From the NCBI GenBank assembly GCA_963806185.1, contig CAWDXE010000001.1, forward strand, positions 1 to 64,000: 64,000 bases of DNA. The letters run 5' to 3'. Shown here one piece after another: positions 59,013 to 64,000 of the stretch (the stretch's first letter is position 1; each line of letters starts with the position of its first letter). The notes beneath the pieces are model-generated. The model saw nothing but the letters and a program-made list of their open reading frames with translations. It did no database searches and had not been told where the DNA came from. The translations under genes and the position numbers were made by a program. This DNA is from an uncultured candidate division Zixibacteria bacterium. GTDB lineage: Bacteria > Zixibacteria > MSB-5A5 > GN15 > FEB-12.

Positions 59013-59530
59013 GGGACCTCCTTTTGATTCATCTGTCGCGAGTATTGCCTGAAGTGACAACAATTTATCAGTCGTCCATCGCGCTGTCAAGGTTTTACGT
59101 AATATTCGACCGTGCATTCGCCGCACCTCCCGCCTCGTCCGCAATCCGGCGACGCCATCGTCACGGCGACGTCCGGCGACCGGAGCATCCGTCTTTCGAG
59201 CGGCGATTGATCACGGAGGGGCGATGGACAACTCCTCACTCGACGATGACGTGATGAGGTCACTGGATACCACGGAAGCCGGCACGATAGAGAGAGCGGC
59301 GACGGCTCAACTATTTTGTTAACTGCTGTTCGCTTTGGCCGACATATCAGTCAGATAGCGTCGTAATCTCTGGCCAAGAGGGGACGGCGAAACCGAGGCA
59401 ATTCTTGACGGTCCGGTGAAAGTGGACGGAGGGACTCCATCTGAAGCTGTCTCTGCTCAAGCTCAAGCCCCCGGTGGAGTTATCCACAGTCGGCCGACGC
59501 AAAAAAAATCCGCTTTGGCGTAAAAAATCC

Positions 59531-59598
59531 TTGACAGATTTTCGGAACTCTATATACTCACTCGTGTTTATTAAACAAAAAAGGTTAGTATATTAAAC
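59531..59598 (+). promoter_or_regulatory. sigma70 promoter with downstream tandem palindromic operator of the polyamine operon
   Basis: TTGACA-16 nt-TATACT, then GTTTATTAAACAAAAA and GGTTAGTATATTAAAC (GTTTA-N6-TAAAC-like). Confidence 0.6.
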
Positions 59599-59619
59599 CC
59601 AGGAGCGTCATAACCCGAG

Positions 59620-60162
59620 TTGGACATCAACATCGCGAAGAAAGTCAAGACCCTACGGCTGGCGGCCGGATTAACGCAGGCGGAGCTAGCGGATCGAGCC
59701 AAGCTGACCAAAGGGTTTATCTCCCAACTCGAGAATGAACAGTCCTCCATCTCCGTGGATTCTCTCGCTGACATTCTGGATGCGCTGGGAATTCCACTCG
59801 CCGAGTTCTTCTCCGACAAAAGGCAGGCCAAGGTCGTCTACTCACCCTCCGAGCGGGTGGCGGTCGAAGGCAAAGGGGCCGGACGGTTTGAGCTGCTCGT
59901 CCCCGGCTCAACCAACAACCTCATGGATCCGATCTTTGTCGAGCTGGCTCCGGGCGAGAAGCTGGAGCGTCAGGGACCGCATCCCGGTGAGCAGTTCGGG
60001 TACATCTTTAAAGGTACCGCCACGTTGAAAATTGATCGTGCTGTCTATAGGGTGCCGAGCAAACATTGCTTCTATTTTGAGTCCGATCGGACTCATCAGG
60101 TTGTCAATGCTTCAAACTCGGTGGTGCAGTTTTTGTGGATTACGACACCGCCACAGATGTGA
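59620..60162 (+). CDS. XRE-cupin transcriptional regulator (PuuR-like)
   Basis: LTQAELADRAKLTKGFISQLEN HTH; cupin HPGEQFGY..H. Confidence 0.9.
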   Translation: MDINIAKKVKTLRLAAGLTQAELADRAKLTKGFISQLENEQSSISVDSLADILDALGIPLAEFFSDKRQAKVVYSPSERVAVEGKGAGRFELLVPGSTNNLMDPIFVELAPGEKLERQGPHPGEQFGYIFKGTATLKIDRAVYRVPSKHCFYFESDRTHQVVNASNSVVQFLWITTPPQM

Positions 60163-60199
60163 CGGTAACCTGTTTCCGGTAAGAAGGAGGAACCAACTA

Positions 60200-60616
60200 G
60201 TGAAAATGCTCGGTCGCCATCTGATTGTCGAGTATACGGACTGCAACAACGGTCTGCTTGACAACATTCGGTTGCTGGAGGAGCATATGAATGAAGCGGT
60301 GCGTCGGTCCGGTGCTACGGTCGTACGCTCGGTCTTCCATCGCTACATGCCGCAGGGCGTCTCGGGAGTGATCGTCATTGCCGAGTCGCATATCTCTATC
60401 CACACGTGGCCGGAATACGGCTACGCGGCGGTCGATTTCTTCACTTGTGGCCAGTCGGTTGATCCGTGGAAGGCCCACGAGTACATGAAGGAGGCGCTCG
60501 ACTGCCGGCAGTCCTTTGTCCAGGAACTCAAACGGGGTATCCCGTCTGAGATCGACGAAGTCATCAACCACAAACCGGTACAGATGCCAGCCAACCTGGC
60601 GTCCCGGGCCAGCTAA
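60200..60616 (+). CDS. speD: S-adenosylmethionine decarboxylase proenzyme
   Basis: LGRHLIVE; GVSGVIVIAESHISIHTWPE; DFFTCG. Confidence 0.95.
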   Translation: MKMLGRHLIVEYTDCNNGLLDNIRLLEEHMNEAVRRSGATVVRSVFHRYMPQGVSGVIVIAESHISIHTWPEYGYAAVDFFTCGQSVDPWKAHEYMKEALDCRQSFVQELKRGIPSEIDEVINHKPVQMPANLASRAS

Positions 60617-60633
60617 CCTTAGGGGAAGGCGAA

Positions 60634-61803
60634 ATGACCCGTTCCGTTAATTTTGCTGCGATGGAGGACACCGCCCTCTTCCGGGGCGTCGACACCGCGC
60701 TCATCCGCGAGATGTTTGAAAAGCGTCGTCTCGAGACGCCGCTTCTTCTCCTGTCCCGCCAGGAGGTGCGGCGCAATTACGACGCGCTCAAAGCGGCCCT
60801 GCCGCGGGTGGCCATCCACTACGCCGTGAAATCGAATAACCACCCGGTTATTCTGCAGGAGGTCTGGGACCGCGGCGGCAATTTCGACGTCTGCTCGGCT
60901 GGTGAAATCGACGACGTTCTCAAGACGCGCGTCGATGCTTCCACCATCATCCACACCCACCCGGTGAAATCCATTCCGGAGTTCGACCGGGCCGTGGGCG
61001 CCGGCGTCGATACGTTTGTGGTGGATAATCCTGAAGAAGTTCAGAAATTCCGCCGGTACACAAATAAGAAGCTGAAAGTCATCATTCGGTATAAGATCGG
61101 CCTGGAAAAGGCTGCGGTGGTCAATTTGCAGTACAAGTTCGGCTGCAACGTGAAAGAAGTCCTGCCGCTGGCCCAGATGATCCAGGACGCCGGCCACGAA
61201 TTCTACGGCCTGAGCTTCCATATCGGCTCTCAGTGCATCTACGTCGAGAACTATCTTAAGGCGATCGACGGCGCCAAGAAGCTGATTGCCCAGCTCGACC
61301 AGGCCGGGTTCAATATGCGCGTACTCGATATCGGCGGCGGCTTCCCCGTCCAGTATCTTGACCCGGTGCCGTCCATCGAGGAGTTCTGCGAGCCGATCAC
61401 GAAGGCGCTGGACAAGAAGATCCGCCCCGGCATCAAGGTCATCTGCGAACCGGGTCGTTTTATCTCGGCCAGCCCGGTCACTCTGGTCTGCTCGGTTATC
61501 GGCAAGGCCTTCCGTGACGGCAAGGTCTGGTATTATCTCGACGACGGCCTCTACTCCAGCTTCAGCGGCATCCTCTACGACCATTGTGTTTACCCGGTCG
61601 TGGCGGATCGCGAGGGCGACGAGAAGCTGTCCGTGCTGTCGGGCCCGACCTGTGACTCGTTTGACGTCATGTACGACGGCCTGATGATTCCGGAACACAA
61701 TATCGGCGACATGTTCGTTTTCCCGTGCACCGGGGCCTACTGCTCGGTGTCCGGCTCGAACTTTAACTCTCTCCGCCGGGCGGAGTACAAGGTGATAGAC
61801 TAA
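60634..61803 (+). CDS. Fold-type III PLP ornithine (or lysine) decarboxylase
   Basis: HYAVKSN, KFG, SFHIGSQ, DIGGGFP, EPGR, GPTCDSFD, GAY. Confidence 0.9.
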   Translation: MTRSVNFAAMEDTALFRGVDTALIREMFEKRRLETPLLLLSRQEVRRNYDALKAALPRVAIHYAVKSNNHPVILQEVWDRGGNFDVCSAGEIDDVLKTRVDASTIIHTHPVKSIPEFDRAVGAGVDTFVVDNPEEVQKFRRYTNKKLKVIIRYKIGLEKAAVVNLQYKFGCNVKEVLPLAQMIQDAGHEFYGLSFHIGSQCIYVENYLKAIDGAKKLIAQLDQAGFNMRVLDIGGGFPVQYLDPVPSIEEFCEPITKALDKKIRPGIKVICEPGRFISASPVTLVCSVIGKAFRDGKVWYYLDDGLYSSFSGILYDHCVYPVVADREGDEKLSVLSGPTCDSFDVMYDGLMIPEHNIGDMFVFPCTGAYCSVSGSNFNSLRRAEYKVID

Positions 61804-61811
61804 GAGAGGTC

Positions 61812-62708
61812 ATGGCGACGACTAAGAAATCAGCACAGCGGGATGTCGCTGTAACCGGTATGGAGGACCTGTGGAATGTCTGGTACTCCGAATTGCAGGA
61901 TCACTCGTGCGGCCTGACGGTCAAGGTGGATGAGCTGGTCGAATCGACCAACTCGAAATTCCAGCGTATTGACATCATCCGCAACGGGTTTTTCGGCAAG
62001 ATTCTGGTGCTCTACGGCTCGCTCATGGCGGCCGAGAACGACAACAACGTGTACAACGAGATGATCACGCATGTGCCGTTGTTTGTCCACCCGAATCCGA
62101 AAAAGGTCCTCATTATTGGCGGCGGCGACTGCGGCGCGCTCACCGAGGTGCTCAAACACCCGGAGGTGAAGCAGTGCACCATGTGCGAAATCGACAAGAT
62201 GGTGGTTGAGGTGTCCAAGAAGCATCTCCCCCACCTCACCACCGGCACGAAGGACAAACGGGCCAAGCTGGTGTTTGCCGACGGCAAGGATTTCATCGCC
62301 AGGACCAAAGAGAAGTTCGATATCATCATTCTCGACCTGTCCGACCCGGTGGGGCCGGCCGCCGACCTGTTCCAGAAGCCGTTCCATCAGAAGGTGTTTG
62401 ACACACTGACGGACGACGGCATCATGCTGGCGCAGTCGGAGTCGCCGTTTTTCCACAAGACGGCGGTGAAGTCGATGTACAAAAACGTCCGGGACATCTT
62501 CCCGATTGTCGAGATGTACATCGCTCACATGCCGATCTACCCGTCGGCGCTCTGGTCGTTTGCGTTCTGTTCCAAGAAGTACCATCCGTTGCGGGATTTT
62601 GACCGTAACCGGTACGACAAGCAGAAACCGAAAACCCGGTATTACAACGGCGACATCCATACGGCGTCGTTTGCCTTGCCGGAGTTTGCGAAAGAACTGA
62701 TCAAGTAA
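61812..62708 (+). CDS. speE: Polyamine aminopropyltransferase (spermidine synthase family)
   Basis: VLIIGGGD.G, CEID, DG, DLSDPVGP, YPS..W. Confidence 0.88.
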   Translation: MATTKKSAQRDVAVTGMEDLWNVWYSELQDHSCGLTVKVDELVESTNSKFQRIDIIRNGFFGKILVLYGSLMAAENDNNVYNEMITHVPLFVHPNPKKVLIIGGGDCGALTEVLKHPEVKQCTMCEIDKMVVEVSKKHLPHLTTGTKDKRAKLVFADGKDFIARTKEKFDIIILDLSDPVGPAADLFQKPFHQKVFDTLTDDGIMLAQSESPFFHKTAVKSMYKNVRDIFPIVEMYIAHMPIYPSALWSFAFCSKKYHPLRDFDRNRYDKQKPKTRYYNGDIHTASFALPEFAKELIK

Positions 62709-62731
62709 TTTTCCATTTGCGAGCCCCCGTG

Positions 62732-62769
62732 AAGCCGCCGGATTGCGAAACCCGGCGGCTTTTTGTTTA
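62732..62769 (+). terminator. Rho-independent terminator of the polyamine operon
   Basis: AAGCCGCCGG..CCGGCGGCTT followed by TTTGTTT. Confidence 0.75.
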
Positions 62770-62818
62770 TTGTACCGGTCCGGGCTGAAACGCATAATCT
62801 GGTGAAAGGTCTGATCCA

Positions 62819-63139
62819 ATGACGTCTATTAATCTTATCGAAATCCCGGAGATTGAACTGGCTCCCGGGTACATGTCTCGACTGGTGCATTCTGAGTCAA
62901 TGACCATCTCGAATGTGCATGCAAAGGCTCATTCTCCACTGCCGGAACATTATCACCCGCAGGAGCAGGTGGTGAACGTCATCGACGGCATTATAGAGCT
63001 GACCATGGAAGGAACCAAACACCTGCTTGGGCCGGGCTCGGTGCTGGTGATACCGCCTAACGTGCCGCACAGCGCCTACACCCAGACGGACTGCCATATT
63101 ATCGATGTGTTTCATCCGGTGAGGAAGTTTACGAAATAG
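62819..63139 (+). CDS. Cupin domain protein
   Basis: PEHYHPQEQ..IPPNVPHSA..DVFHP. Confidence 0.88.
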   Translation: MTSINLIEIPEIELAPGYMSRLVHSESMTISNVHAKAHSPLPEHYHPQEQVVNVIDGIIELTMEGTKHLLGPGSVLVIPPNVPHSAYTQTDCHIIDVFHPVRKFTK

Positions 63140-63204
63140 GAATGCACGGCGCGTGTCGCACGAAGACGTACGCCAAGCATCTGACGAGCCAGCGGCCCCT
63201 CATG

Positions 63205-63240
63205 TTCCCTCTCCCTCCGGGGAAGGGCTAGGGTGAGGGC
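63205..63240. repeat. REP/BoxC-like extragenic palindrome
   Basis: Minus strand CCCTCACCCTAGCCCTTCCCCGGAGGGAGAGGGA, matching the widespread CCCTCACCC..CCCTCTCCC..GGGAGAGGG element. Confidence 0.65.
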
Positions 63241-63257
63241 CGAAGGGAATACTACCC

Positions 63258-63944
63258 ATGACCACCATCATCCAGCTCTGCGATATCGAAGGACCTGGGA
63301 CCATCCTCGACTACCTCAACCAACGAGGCGAGTCGTATCAGGTCATCCACCTCTATCGCGACAATCCACTGCCCCGTCTTGACGATGTCACCCGCGTCAT
63401 CTGTACCGGCTGTCCCCTGTCGGTCGTCGAATACCAACAGCACGAGTTTCTCAAGCGCATGTACGCATTCCTGAGTGAAATCGCTCGGCGCAACACTCCA
63501 TATCTTGGCATTTGCTTCGGCTCCCAGATTCTGGCCAGAGTGCTCGGCGCCAAGGTCGAACGGCATACGCATAAAGAGATCGGCGCGTACAAAGTGACGC
63601 TCACGAGCGACGGCGCGGCCGATCCACTTTTTGCCGGTTTTGCGCCCGAGTTCGACGTCTTTCACTGGCATGGCGATACGTTCCGCGTGCCGTTTGGCCT
63701 CCCGCTTCTGGTCACCAGTGAGAGCTGTAAGAACCAGGCTTTCCGTCAGGGGAATCTGGTGGGTGTGCAGTTCCATATTGAGACGACCGCCGCGGAAGCC
63801 ACCGTCTGGTGTAATCGGTATGCCTCGGAACTGGCCGAGATCGGCAAGAGCAAGGACGAGGTACTCGCAGAGTACGCTTCAATCGAGTCCGCCATTCGGG
63901 AAAGCAATTTCAAGCTGCTGGAGAACTGGTTTAAGCTGGGGTGA
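63258..63944 (+). CDS. Class I glutamine amidotransferase-like protein
   Basis: LGICFGSQ nucleophile elbow; HWHGD; QFHIE (H-x-E). Confidence 0.9.
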   Translation: MTTIIQLCDIEGPGTILDYLNQRGESYQVIHLYRDNPLPRLDDVTRVICTGCPLSVVEYQQHEFLKRMYAFLSEIARRNTPYLGICFGSQILARVLGAKVERHTHKEIGAYKVTLTSDGAADPLFAGFAPEFDVFHWHGDTFRVPFGLPLLVTSESCKNQAFRQGNLVGVQFHIETTAAEATVWCNRYASELAEIGKSKDEVLAEYASIESAIRESNFKLLENWFKLG

Positions 63945-64000
63945 AACGGTTGTCGGGTTTCTCTGCGAATCCGGCTCGCCTCGGAACTCGCCTGACGTTA

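Noticed and set aside
59224..59322. 32-aa ORF with GGAGG SD (MDNSSLDDD...)
   Set aside because: No motif or promoter support; cannot be separated from chance.
59480..59488. Perfect DnaA box TTATCCACA
   Set aside because: Single copy, no cluster or dnaA context; chance occurrence is plausible.
56757..62819. Long opposite-strand ORFs over lpdA, ODC and speE
   Set aside because: Antisense shadows caused by GC-rich codon bias.

Overview
GC-rich diderm bacterial chromosome segment. The mix of C-terminal dockerins, FlgD-Ig/T9SS-like tails and many multiheme cytochromes suggests candidate phylum Zixibacteria or a related FCB lineage (inference). Left to right: a Ser/Thr kinase plus FHA-GAF-PP2C phosphatase pair; queF/queCED; a ~14 kb extracellular electron transfer locus; PafA phosphatase; COG3014-LpoB; an atypical chaperone-usher pilus locus with five DUF4402 pilin-like genes; a complete hypABFCDE operon; a ~14 kb cluster of secreted cohesin/dockerin/beta-helix/C-type-lectin proteins; tRNA-Met; a REC-REC regulator; a probable sigma54-dependent sRNA; lpdA with an ATA start; and an XRE-cupin-regulated polyamine operon (speD, ornithine decarboxylase, speE). 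The electron transfer locus holds a 42-heme cytochrome, three OmcS-nanowire-like cytochromes, two further multiheme cytochromes, a beta-barrel, two CsgG-like lipoproteins and two NHL propellers. Its two promoters share a Rex/CRP-like operator over the -10 box. Indels cluster at 18.8-20.3 kb and near 29.7 kb and are probably sequencing errors.
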